Source: Rhynchobatus australiae (lineage: Eukaryota). Taken from it: a stretch of 64,000 bases of DNA. Of this stretch, positions 27,260-38,330 are shown one piece after another. The DNA is taken from contig JAUZTB010000069.1 in the NCBI GenBank assembly GCA_034780895.1, positions 20,291,035-20,355,034 of the forward strand. The letters are read 5' to 3'. A model generated the notes under the pieces. The model saw only the letters and a program-made list of their open reading frames with translations. It was not told the origin of the DNA and searched no databases. The position numbers and the translations under genes are program-made. Numbering within the stretch: the stretch's first letter is position 1; each line of letters starts with the position of its first letter.

Positions 27260-27905
27260 TGGTGCAAGAACAAACAAACTGCTGGGGGACCAACTGAGTC
27301 AAGCAGCATCTGTGGAGGCAAAGGGATGGTTCAGGTTGAGACCCTGCATCAGGACTGTGGTGCAGAGAGAAGGGAGCCAGTATAAAGAGGTGAGAGGGAT
27401 GGGTGAGGCAGGGGCTGGTGCGGGATGCTGGGTGGATGGAGCAGGGTGTGGAGTTAGTGGTATGATCATTGGGATTTGACGTTGGGAGAGGAGGAGTGGG
27501 AAGGGGAGTTAGAGACAGAGGCTGGTGCANNNNNNNNNNNNNNNNNNNNNNNNNNNNNNNNNNNNNNNNNNNNNNNNNNNNNNNNNNNNNNNNNNNNNNN
27601 NNNNNNNNNNNNNNNNNNNNNNNNNNNNNNNNNNNNNNNNNNNNNNNNNNNNNNNNNNNNNNNNNNNNNNNNNNNNNNNNNNNNNNNNNNNNNNNNNNNN
27701 NNNNNNNNNNNNNNNNNNNNNNNNNNCAGGGGCGGGGGGCGTGGAGGAAGGAGGAAAGAGAAGGCAAATAAAGGGAGAGTGAACCTAGGTGGGCAGGAGG
27801 AGTGGGAAAGGGAGACTGAGGCTGTGGGTTACCTGAAACTGGAAAATTCAATGTCCACACCATTGGGTTGTAGCTAACTGAGTGAAGTATGAGGTGACCA
27901 CTCCA
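27260..27905 (-). mobile_element. Penelope-like element 3' end (ORF terminus plus pLTR)
   Basis: Minus strand ORF end ..LQPNGVDIEFSSFR* at 27829-27875, pyrimidine-rich UTR, then CAGTCCTGATGCAGGGTCTCAACCTGAA. Confidence 0.8.
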
Positions 27906-27914
27906 ACTATCCAC

Positions 27915-28205
27915 TGCTCATTTACACGGATCCTACATTCACCCCATTATTTTTTTATTCTCCCCACATTCTCACCAACTTCCCCCAGGCTCTACCACTC
28001 ACCTGCATTCTTGGGGCAATATCCAGTGGCCTATTAACCTACCAACCAACATGTCTTTGGAATGTGGGAGGGAACTGGAGCACCCAGAGGAAGCACTCGC
28101 GGTCACAGAGACAATATGGAAACTCCACAGGGACAGAAGATGGGACTGAACCTAGGTCTCTGGCGCAGTGAGGCAGCGGCTCTCCTAACTGCACATGATG
28201 CCACC
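27915..28205 (-). mobile_element. V-domain tRNA-SINE (HE1-like), tail truncated
   Basis: TGTGGGAGGGAACTGGAGCACCCAGAGGAA; colinear with 3545-3814. Confidence 0.85.
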
Positions 28206-28544
28206 AAGTCAGGCTTTTCAGCAGCATCCCAAACCCACTCTGCCTTCCCAAATAGACTTCATTGCCATAGTCCTTACACTGACTCACATTTTAACACTCT
28301 ACTTTCTTTCACTGAAGCACACATACCTACAACCTGTGCCTCACACGTTCTTATCCGTTCTGCTCCATCAGCTAACTCTGCACACCTAACTACGTTGCAA
28401 GTACAACATTCCTCACCGCCTTATGTATCATTCACCCCAAACGTTCCACAAGGAGATGCTTCTGGCTGGTAGTCTCCCTCACTGAATGCACAGTGCACAG
28501 AGGTGAACACGACAACTTGTCCTTTATATTAGAACCTTATACAA

Positions 28545-28903
28545 AACACAAGGAACTAAAAGTTGATGCTGGAAACAGAGGTGACACTTAAGTTGAAGAC
28601 CCCTCATCAAAGCTGGGAAAAGGAGAAGACAAATTAGCTTTAATTGCAGAGAGAGTGGGGGAGAGATGGACAGGACGAAGGGAATAGGATGGGACCAGGA
28701 TTACCATAACCTGTTGTTGAAGTCACCTGGCTGATAGATTAGGGAGGGAATTTTGAGAGAGAGAAGAAAGGGGACAAGTTAAAACTGTGAAGCGTAGGCT
28801 GGAGCTGTTGCTGGAACCTGAAACCGAAAGGACAATGTCCATCAAGTCAGGCAGTGTCTGTGGAGAGAAATGTTACAGATGGATAACTTACATCTGAACT
28901 GGT
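28545..28903 (-). mobile_element. pLTR-spacer-pLTR non-coding unit (family 2)
   Basis: Two degenerate cores 286 nt apart (minus CAGATGT at 28896, TTGATGA at 28610), each followed by pLTR-like sequence; spacer similar to 7085-7200. Confidence 0.65.
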
Positions 28904-28932
28904 TCGTACCCACAGAAACAAAGAAAGTGAGT

Positions 28933-29529
28933 TAGAGACACAAGGAAATGCAGATGCTGGAGTGTGGAGCAAAAAATAAACTGCTGGAGGAACTCAATGG
29001 GTCAGGCGGCAGCTGTGGAGGGAAATGGACCGTTAATGTTTTAGGATGAGTCCCTTCATCCAGACTGAAAGACAGAGGGGAGATAGCCAGCAAAAAGAGC
29101 TGAGGGAAAGGGGTAAAGCAAGAGCTGGCAAGCGGATCCAGGTGAAGAGGGGTGTGAGGCAGATGGAGGAGGGAAGGGTGGAACTAGCCTGGGAGGTGAT
29201 AGGCGGAGGCAACAGAGGGCTGCAGATGATGGAATCTGAAAGCAAAGGACAGTGGAGCATGGAATGAAGTAAGGGAGGTGGGGTGGGAAGATGGGAACCG
29301 TTGNNNNNNNNNNNNNNNNNNNNNNNNNNNNNNNNNNNNNNNNNNNNNNNNNNNNNNNNNNNNNNNNNNNNNNNNNNNNNNNNNNNNNNNNNNNNNNNNN
29401 NNNNNNNNNNNNNNNNNNNNNNNNNNNNNNNNNNNNNNNNNNNNNNNNNNNNNNNNTACCTGAAATTGGAGAATTCAATGTTCAAGCCATTGGGTTGCAG
29501 ACTATCCAGACAGAATACAAGGTGCTGCT
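28933..29529 (-). mobile_element. Penelope-like element 3' end with full pLTR
   Basis: QHLVFCLDSLQPNGLNIEFSNFR at 29457-29528; pLTR CAGTCTGGATGAAGGGACTCATCCTAAAAC..CCGCCTGACCCATTGAGTTCCTCCAGCAG. Confidence 0.85.
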
Positions 29530-30087
29530 ATAGAGTCATGGAGTCATGGAATACTACAGCACGGAACTAGGCCCTTCAGCTCAACTCGTCTGTGCTGAAC
29601 AAGATTTTGGTATTGGTATTGATTTATTATTGTCACTTGTACCAAGGTACGGTGAAAAACTTGTCTTGCATACCGATCGTACAGGTCAATTCATCATACA
29701 GTGCAGTTACATTGAGTTAGTACAGAGTACGTTGAAGTCAAACAGGTAAAAACAATAACAACACAGAGTAAAGTGTCACAGCTACAGAGAAAGTGCAGTG
29801 CAGGTAGACAATGAGGTGCAAGGACACAGCAAGGTAGATTGTGAGATGTTGATCTAAGCTAGTCCCATTTGCCTGTGTGTGATCTATATCCCTCTAAACC
29901 TTTCCTTTTCATGTACCTGTCCAACTGTCTTTTAAATGTTGTTATTGTACCCACATCAACCAATTCCTCCAGCAGCTCCTTCCAGAAACTCACTGCTCTC
30001 TGTGTGAAGAAGTTGCCCCCAGGGTACATTTTAAATCTTTCCCCTCCCACCTTAAACTTACGCCCTCCAGTTTTGATTCCCTTTCCT
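29530..30087 (-). mobile_element. CR1 LINE 3' end
   Basis: ORF GERFK..GNFFTQRAVSFWKEL.EELVD.GTITTFKRQLDRYM..KGLEGY; GACTCCAT-type tail. Confidence 0.9.
29606..29845 (-). mobile_element. Rex1/Babar-like LINE 3' UTR inserted in the CR1 tail
   Basis: Minus strand ends TTTTCACCGTACCTTGGTACAAGTGACAATAATAAA plus AATACC repeats; CR1 resumes on both sides, with AGAT at each junction. Confidence 0.65.
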
Positions 30088-30117
30088 AGCTGTTCTGAGC
30101 TATTCCTAAAAAAAATG

Positions 30118-30390
30118 AGTTACCTGAAATTGTTGAATATTGGGTCTGGAAGGTCAGAGAGAAGATGAGGTGCTGTTCTTCAAACTTACACGGGGCCTGA
30201 TTGGAACAGTGCAAGAAGCCAGACAGATCAGTTGGAGTGGGAGTGGGATGGAGAATTAAAGTGACAGGCAACTGGAAGCTTGGGGTCACTCCTACTAACT
30301 GAATAAAATGCCCCACAAAGTTGTCTCACAATCTGCATTTGAGTCTTCTGTTTTCTGTTTTAATTTCAGGTTTCCACCATCTCCGTTTTG
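30118..30390 (-). mobile_element. Penelope-like GIY-YIG C-terminal fragment followed by an inverted pLTR tail
   Basis: ORF ..DLSGFLHCSNQAPCKFEEQHLIF..; plus-strand pLTR tail TTCTGTTTTAATTTCAGGTTTCCACCATC at 30352-30385. Confidence 0.75.
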
Positions 30391-30399
30391 TCAATTTTT

Positions 30400-30950
30400 C
30401 AGGAACTAAAATCTGCCTGCCACAAACTGCACAGCGTACAGATGCAGAGGAGGAAGTCATGGAGATAAATGACACATCTGTTCCCAACCGAGACAGAGAG
30501 ACTGGGGACTCACAGTTGCCTGATGACAGAATTAAAAATATCTCTGACACACACGCTGACTTTACTTCATCAATGACTGAACTGTGAGAAGCCTGAGAAT
30601 CGTGATTGCCAAGGGTGTTAATTTGACACGACTAATTGATATCAGTTTCTTTTTCCCTTCCAAGCCCTCACGCGCAGAGCTGGAGCCTGTGGAAATAACC
30701 TGAGGATGATCCCTCAGAGGGTTTCATTCCTCTGAGTAAGCACCACCACAGGACATGCACCCCAGATACTTCTGTGGGTCCACCAGGACGCGGTGTTGGG
30801 TTTTCCAGCAGCTGGCTCTGAATCCGCAAGCAAGCTCAAATAGATACAGGTGACCTGGACGGGGACAAGTATGGAGATGCTGCCTCAGGAGAGGAGAGGA
30901 GAGGGCAGGGCCACAAACACTGCAAGCTTGTTTCAAGTGGACACAATAAA
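30400..30950. promoter_or_regulatory. Candidate conserved non-coding element
   Basis: No recognisable repeat; about 11 CpG in 500 bp; clustered TGAC/TAAT/TGCCAA words (GATTGCCAAGGGTGTTAATTTGACACGACTAATTGAT). Conservation not tested. Confidence 0.35.
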
Positions 30951-31016
30951 CTTATAACACTCCCATGGATTGCAGTTAAATCTTGTCACTTTTCAGAAAC
31001 CCATTCCTGAGGCATT

Positions 31017-33330
31017 TGTAGTATATATGGATATGCACGTACCTTTAAAAAAGATGGATACCATGTGATATGACTGTTGATGCATTGTTGTATCAGCCAC
31101 TGACTATTGACTACCTTGAATAAAGGATGTGATATTGATACAGCTCTCTCCTTGTTTCATGCTAAACAGAACAAATTATGGACTAAATTAGCTTAGACCT
31201 TGTTCTTTTGCTACTTAGGGAAGTAAAAGATCATTAATCAAGAGTGAAGGAAAACAAAACAGGGTTCGCTAGGCAGAACAGTGATTGTGGCAATCTGTGG
31301 ATGTGGTGGATATGTTGGTGAATTCGAGAATTACGAGAAATCTCAGCTATTTGGTCTGCATGTGGAAGGAGAGGAGATATTCTTGAGAACAAACAATATC
31401 ATTGATGTCCCGGGAGCGTATACAAAATGGAGGTACTCAGGCATATGCAAAAAGAGTAGGGTGATATTTTTGTTGGGAGTAGAGCCTGAGTTATGTAAGA
31501 TGTTGGTGAGTTTACTGACGCCAAGGACAAGGTCTTCGACCAGGGTGCTGTGGAAGCCTCGAAGAGAATTTTTAACTCATTCCTGTCAAGGAATCAGAAA
31601 CCAAAAGAATTGATTGTTGACGAGATAGTTAGGTGAGGAGATGCAATTTCAAGATCTTTCTTGGTTGGAAGATGGGGGATTATTTAGCCTGTGGGCTTGT
31701 TGATGAGAAAATCCAGACAGAACTTTTTGATACGGAGGGCTTTAACTTTACTGAGGGCATTTCTGTCATGGAAATAACAGAGGTTGGGTTGACTTGTGGC
31801 TCTGGAGGGCAGGTATTGGACAGACACCAGTGATGGTGATGCCTCCTTTGACCACAGTGTGTGCCACATAGTCACAGACAGTGACTTTGGTGGGAACTGC
31901 TTGGGTTACAAGGCCTGAGACAACTATGGCAGACAAAACAATGCTATTACATACAGAGTCAAAGACCATTGATGTATCAGATTTATTGGCAAGCTGGTGG
32001 GTTCTTGATATTTCACTACATTGAACCTGTCTCATAACGATGAGCAGATGCTTGTGGATTCAGGAGACCAGAAATAGTTCACTATTAATGTGCAACAGGA
32101 GTTGTATGCTTATACCAAGTTGCCGTACAGTGTTATGTTGGCTCCAAACATCCTTCAACACATTGCTGGACAAAATGCAGCAGGGAACAATGAGTTGTCT
32201 GTGTAACCAAGATGGCAAGCTCATTGCCTCTGAGACTGAACAGGTCGCCTGAGAAGATTTTGGGACAAGCACTTGGTAGGCTGCAGAACTACAAAGTGCG
32301 GCCAAGACAGAACAACCTGCATTCACACAGGCTGAAGGTGTTGATTTGGGATTCGGAATTAACAAGGATGGGCAGAGAACAGTCTGGGAGAAGGTGACAG
32401 CTGTGTTGGATGGTAGAGAGCCAACAAATGTTACTGAGCTTCACTCTTCCCTGGCACTGATTCAGTATCTTTTGAAAGTTTTACAGGATTCGGCTACCAG
32501 TTGAGTTCCCCTCGCAAGTTCTGAGGTGAGAAGCAATAATATTGCATAAGCTATGTAGAACAAAAAAATCACAATGAATCCTTCTCAGTCCACTGTCATT
32601 TATATAAATCATTACAGCTGTTATGTAATGTGGAGTGTGTGTGGTCTTCACCCATGTCATGGTATCAAGCAATGGACCACTACTTCTCACACCCTCACCT
32701 CCATGGAGAGGAATTACCAACAGATTGAAAAGAAGGCTCTGGCCATCATTTTTCAGAAGCTTCCCAAAGCTTCATTCTGGTCAGTCTATATTTCAGATCA
32801 TTAATCAACTGGGAAGGGAAAAAGAATAGGGTTCTCTTGTCTCTCCAGTGTCTGCCTGACCTGCTAGTGTTTCCAGCACTTTTTGTTTTTAATTTGAGAT
32901 CTCCAGCAGATGCAGTGTGAACAGGTGGCTTGCGCACTACCAGATTCACCTGCTGTAAACACTGAACCGATTGCACTGGTAGAGGCTGCAGTCTTCTTTG
33001 TAATTTTGACTACTTTCTATCTGACTTCAGTGAACATGTTATTAGAAGTTGAAATTATCCTTTCAGCCTTTGATGTAGTATTGTCAATATCAATGCTCAG
33101 GTGTCAGAGGAATAATATTTTGAGCTGTTTCAAACAGAGCAAGTAGTTAAGTGTATGGTTGGGAGAAACTGATGGTTTAGTACCAGTGGTCCAGTGTGTT
33201 CATAGTAAGGCTTTCATTGCTTCATGCCTGGATCTATTATGAGTTAACTAACAGTGTGATTGCTATGATTGGCCAACAATGCCTTTACACCACGTCTTCT
33301 TCATCTTGTGCCTATTCTCCAAGTCCGTTA
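31017..33330 (+). mobile_element. Highly decayed Gypsy (Mag-like) LTR retrotransposon: LTR remnant, gag, RT, RNase H, start of integrase
   Basis: gag GYVGEF..IFLRTNNI..VIFLLGV..LVSLLTP, RNQK, DYLACGLVDEKIQ; RT YTKLPYSVMLAP, LLDKMQQG..CNQDGKLI (YxDD position), EPTNVTELHSSLALIQY; RNase H SHTLTSMERNYQQIEKKALAIIF. Many stops and frameshifts. Confidence 0.8.
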
Positions 33331-34229
33331 GTCCGTGTTCTGTCCATTGGCGAGCACAATACAAAGCTCACAAGTTGACCTCAGGAAGATCCTAAATTGT
33401 ACTTGCCCATCCTCAGGTAGTGGTGCTGTGTGGCATACCTCACACCTCAGTAGCAGGTCTCAGGCATTGCACTTATCCAACTTAACCACATTGACTCCTG
33501 ATCATCTGAGTTAGGTACAGAAGTGGCCAAAGACCTTCCTGGTAGTCCATTCCTCATTTGCCCACAAGGAGCACCGAGCTTGCAGCCCTGGGAGCCTTTT
33601 GCACGGCATTCACCAAGCAATTATATCATGTGACCGGTCAGGATGAGAGAAGGGAAAATAATAGACATTATTTTCTCATCCAGAAATTTCATTGGCTAGA
33701 AATTGATCCTCAGTTACATGAGTTTAATGTGAGATACGATGCAATATCTTTGTTGTATTCTGCTATTGAAAGTTGGTTCCATTGACTTCAGTGGAATCAA
33801 ATGACAGAAGCAGAAAGCAATGCACATTCTCAGATGCCCCATTTAATACATATAACCTGGGATGAACTCCTACCCCTTTGTTCCTCACATCATATCTACT
33901 GGCAAGGCAGATTTTCAATGCTGTTGTAATTGAAAATAACAGAAGCTGTTCATGATTTCTGATTATTGATATTTTGTTACTGAAAATTTCGATCACAAGA
34001 TCAACAAAAGACCAGGCCATCAAAATGGACACACTAAATTAGGGTGAAAAGTAATTAATCTACTCAGTCTGAAGTGAAATTGAGTGAGAAAGAAGCTCAG
34101 GTGCTTTATGTTTTCACAGAAATACCTTTGAACTAGATCAACTGATGGTTATTCCAGTTTCCAATACTGAAAATATTACCATTCAAAATATCTGGCCTTC
34201 AGTAAAGCTATATCATTTATAGTTTTATT

Positions 34230-34343
34230 ATTCTGATTAAAGTTTATTGACCTGAAACTCTAACTTTATTTCCACATATTCTCCATCACCTGCTGTGTAT
34301 TTCTAACAGTTTCTGGTTTTATTTTACTTTCTTTGAGTGCAGC
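34230..34343 (+). mobile_element. Penelope-type pLTR fragment
   Basis: TTCTGATTAAAGTTTATTGACCTGAAACTCTAAC..ACCTGCTGTGTATTTCTAACAG. Confidence 0.6.
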
Positions 34344-34899
34344 NNNNNNNNNNNNNNNNNNNTCTAGCTTTGATCTGCATTCATCCATAAACGCCAAGAC
34401 CAGAAAATGTCTAAACTACCTTGCACCAAATGTATCAATGGCATGAAGCCCTTGTAATAAAACCTATGATCCTTTGGATAGAGGGAAGAAAACTTCAGGC
34501 AAAATCTTAAGAAACAAAGGTTCAAATACCAAATGTTGTGAAGTAAAGCACTCACAGCAACTTTATAATTTGGGTGATATTGAACCATATTTTTTCTGTC
34601 ATAGGGTGAATAGTTGTGACTTGGATAAAAAAAATCAAGGTGAGTTTAGCAATCCATTTCTTAATTCAGAAATGTATTTGTGTTTGCAAATTTATGGTGC
34701 AATAGGATTGAATTTTGCTTTCCCTGTCTTTACAAACTTCCAGAATAAATGTAAGCAAGGAACTTGTATGAATTTATGCCACTTTCAGATGGTGACATCT
34801 GTCAGCTGAAGCACATGAAGTCATCAGCTTTCTTTGCAGTTTCATTACTAAGTGTCAAACCTTTGATGCATGAGGCATATGTTTAACTTTCTTTCGTTT

Positions 34900-35460
34900 T
34901 AATGCCAGCCCATTCTTGATGGTGTCAGGAAGTTTTATGAGTCGTTCTTGTGTTCCATCTGGACTATTTTTAATGAAACCAACATCATCAAAGATGAGGC
35001 CATCCAAAGTGTTTGCAAGATTCCTCTTTAACTTTCTTGGCTGGGATGTTCAACATTTCTTGAGTCAAATAACTTGCCAGATAATGCAGCTGATGATCAA
35101 AATGGAGGAACAGGGCCAAAATATCTCTCTGAAGAGCTTTCAACTGTTTCATAAGGTGGCTGTCCCCAAGAATGAACCTTCTTAGGTTTGAGCAATGTTC
35201 AAATTGCATGAACTTTTTTGAGAGGGGGTGTTTTGCTATGATTTCTTTTGTAATGGAAAGTAATCAATCAGCAGGAATCAAGCCAGATATCATTTTGAAA
35301 TGAAGAGGTGAAAAATAGTGGGAGATGTTGAATGGTTGTTTCTTTGGTATGGATGAGAATGTAGTCAGTGAATCTCCTCTTGATTTGGAACCTGATCATT
35401 GGTTTGCTCTATAGAAATTTTTTAAGGACTGATTGTATTTTTCCAGAAGACCATCTATCA
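34900..35460 (-). mobile_element. Very old RTE-like reverse transcriptase fragment
   Basis: Minus strand with frameshifts: QRDILA.., PAKKVK, DGLIFDDVGFI.NSP.GTQERL, in the order expected for RTE QGCxLAP..AKTKV..LLFADD. Confidence 0.45.
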
Positions 35461-35748
35461 TAGGCATTCACAATAACAAGACATTACTTATTGACAGTAC
35501 AATAAAATTTTACATCAATCAATCAAAACAATTAAATTACCTATCCAGCAGCAAGCTCTCTGAGATATCATGTGTTATTTTTTTCTTTTTCCTTGACAAT
35601 TGTTGAGGTCAAATGTTGACTGACAATAAAATGGCAGCAGGAAGAGAAATAAACTGGGAAAAAATGTACCAATAATTCGTGCAATAATCTGAAAAACTGG
35701 AATAATTGTGTTTGACTAAAAATATGGTTTGCTTGAAAAATTGTTTTA

Positions 35749-35930
35749 GCATAGAAACATAGAAAATAGGAACAGAAATAGGCCGGTTGACCTTTTGAGC
35801 CTGCTTCCCTATTCAATATGATGATGGCTGATGATCTGAATTCAGTTCCAGCTTTCTCCCTGTATCCCTTGATGCCTCAAGCACTAAAAACAATACTTTT
35901 CTTCTTTGTGAATATATTTACTGAGCTGGC
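35749..35930 (-). mobile_element. CR1 3' tail (CATAGAAA repeat type)
   Basis: CATAGAAACATAGAAAATAGGAACAGAAATAGGCC..GAGCCTGCT..ATTCAATATGAT. Confidence 0.7.
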
Positions 35931-36274
35931 TGTGATGGCAGTGATAATAATTACAGTTATGCGGCTATATGTAAATAAAATGTTCAAAACATGTGGAAAA
36001 TGGAACATTAGAAATGTTTCAATATAATTTGGTTGAACCAGAAATTGGGATGAACAAGTTATTTTTTAATTTAAACTGGTTGGTTAACTTCATACTTCTT
36101 CTAGCTCCTCATCTTTAACTAATTTTCCTTTTTCAAAGGCACCAATGTTTTGCTGGAATAGGAGTTTTTCACCACTGGTTACCTAGTGATAACCGATTCA
36201 GTTTGCTGTTGTTCATTATTCACTGGTGAGCCTGCTACCAATACTGGGATAAGTGCAGGAATCTATTATTCAGG

Positions 36275-36994
36275 AATTGGTATCAGGACACTTGGAAAAT
36301 AATGATAAATTTGAGCAGAATCAACGTGGATATATGAAAGGAAAATCATATTTGACAAGTCTATTGAATTTTTAGAGGTTGTAAATCGCAAAATAAAGGT
36401 GTGGTGTGTATGGAGTTTCAGAAGGCATTCAAGAAGGTGTCATGTGTTATCAGTAAATAAAATTAGTGCAGGGTTTTGGCAATAATGTACTGATATACAT
36501 TGATGATTGGTTAGTGAGCAGAAAATAGAGAATAGGAATAAATAGGTCTATCTCATGTTGGTAAGTTATGACTAATTAGGTGCCACAGAGATTGGTGCTG
36601 GAGCCCTGGCTATTAACAACCAATATCAATGATCTATATGAGGGTATGAAGTACAATATATCCAAGTCTGTTGATGATACAAAGTTGGGGGGGCAGTTTG
36701 GGCTCCATGGAGATTGTTACGAACCAGCAACAAAAAAAACACACCAAGACATGTATAAGTGTTAAAAACTACTTTATTAATAACTACCTATGATAATAAG
36801 TAAAATAAAAGTAAAAATGTTAGNNNNNNNNNNNNNNNNNNNNNNNNNNNNNNNNNNNNNNNNNNNNNNNNNNNNNNNNNNNNNNNNNNNNNNNNNNNNN
36901 NNNNNNNNNNNNNNNNNNNNNNNCAGACTGACTCCAACTGGGTGTTTCAACAAAAACGTCATGACTTTCTTTATCTTCTGTCGACGTAAGCATG

Positions 36995-37034
<40 letters not shown>

Positions 37035-37808
37035 TCTTAAAGGAACACTTACTAATAGTCCTAGTCTGTAACAAGATGCAGGCAGACTTCAGGGGGGCAG
37101 AGACTGTTAAGTCACCAATTGAATGGACAAAGACAAGGCAAATGGAATATCATGTAGAAAAATGTGGAGTCATCCACTTTGACAGAAAATATAAAGAGAG
37201 ACCGAGTATTTTTAAATGGTAAGAATTTGAAAGACGTTGATGTTCAGAGGCAGCTTGTTGTTCTCATGCACAAATCACCAAAACTGAATATGCCTGTTCC
37301 CAAGCAATTAGGAAGGCAAATGCCATGATGGCCTTTCTTGCAAGAGGAGAGATATCTTCCTCCAGTTATAGTCAGCCCTAGTATCATGTATGTGGAATAT
37401 TTTGTTGAGGTCTGCTCTCCCTACCTAAGAATGGATTTACTTGTGACAAGGTGCAGTTGTACGAGGAGTGATTCCCTAGACCACGCCGGCACACTCTTGA
37501 GTTTGGAAGAATGAGAGGTGATCTCATTGGAACATAAACATTTTTTATGAGGCTTGACAGGGTAAATGCTGAATTGATGCCTTCCCCTGGCTCTAGAGGT
37601 CAACCATTCAGGACAAAAGATCTTCAACCAAAGGGAGGCAGGTCTTTGGAATATTCTACTCATTTTCTACAGATTTTTTACAAATTAAGGGACTCAAGGA
37701 ATAAGAGGTGCAAGCTGTGGTAAAAGATCTGCTATGATTTGATTGAATAACCACTGAAACACAAGATGCTGACTAGCCGTGTCTTGTTTCCATTTCTTAT
37801 GTTCTAAT
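36275..37808 (+). mobile_element. Decayed CR1 RT-to-3' end, interrupted by a solo LTR
   Basis: QNQRGYMKGKS.LTSL; VPQRLVLEPWLLTTNINDL..ISKSVDDTKLGG; W.KTRQMEYHVEKCGVIHF; tail TTTCTTATGTTCT. Confidence 0.85.
36715..37073 (-). mobile_element. Solo LTR, copy 2, with 4-bp target-site duplication
   Basis: Termini TGTTAC (36715) and GTAACA (37073); AGAT at 36711-36714 and 37074-37077; minus-strand AATAAA about 60 bp from the 3' end. Confidence 0.9.
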
Positions 37809-38330
37809 GCTGCTCTGGACTTTAAACTCTGTTAATTACTCCTGGCTAATTATGCCTTTCCTTCCCCAATTACTTCAGCCCACTGCTGTATCCTGTCTCT
37901 CACAAGAGCCATTTCTGCTGGTTCTCCAAGTTTTCTACCAACCTTGTACAAAAGTTATGATTTAGGGTCAGTAGAACCCTCTCAAAAAAACTCATTGATC
38001 GACATTTCATACGGCGTACTTTGATCAAAAATATACAATGGGGAATTACAGCTGCTATTTAAAAAGCAATTTTATAACCTTTCTAAGCTATTTGTTCCCA
38101 AGGTTAGGAGCTAGACGTTTATGAGCTATCTTAATTAACCACTACTTGACCTTAGCAGTTTATAAGCAAATAAAATTACCTGGATTTGTCTATAAAGGCC
38201 ACTTCTCAATTGTGGTTAACCTCAACAAGTGGGGTTAAATATAACTGCATCAGTTGCTAAATATTTTCACTGCTTTGCAGATACAGTCAGACCACCTTTG
38301 ATTAACACAAGCTTTGCCAACAGGTCTTGG

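Noticed and set aside
28062-28472. 136-aa ORF
   Set aside because: First third is antisense V-SINE; the remainder is unrecognised Ser/Thr/Pro-rich sequence without support.
30321-30587. 88-aa acidic ORF with a plausible TTTTCAG acceptor near 30402
   Set aside because: First part is pLTR tail; the rest matches no protein I recognise and has no partner exons. Kept only as a non-coding candidate.
33638-33684. Hairpin GGATGAG..AAAATAAT-AGAC-ATTATTTT-CTCATCC
   Set aside because: Stem is short with a 7-nt bulge; not a credible pre-miRNA.
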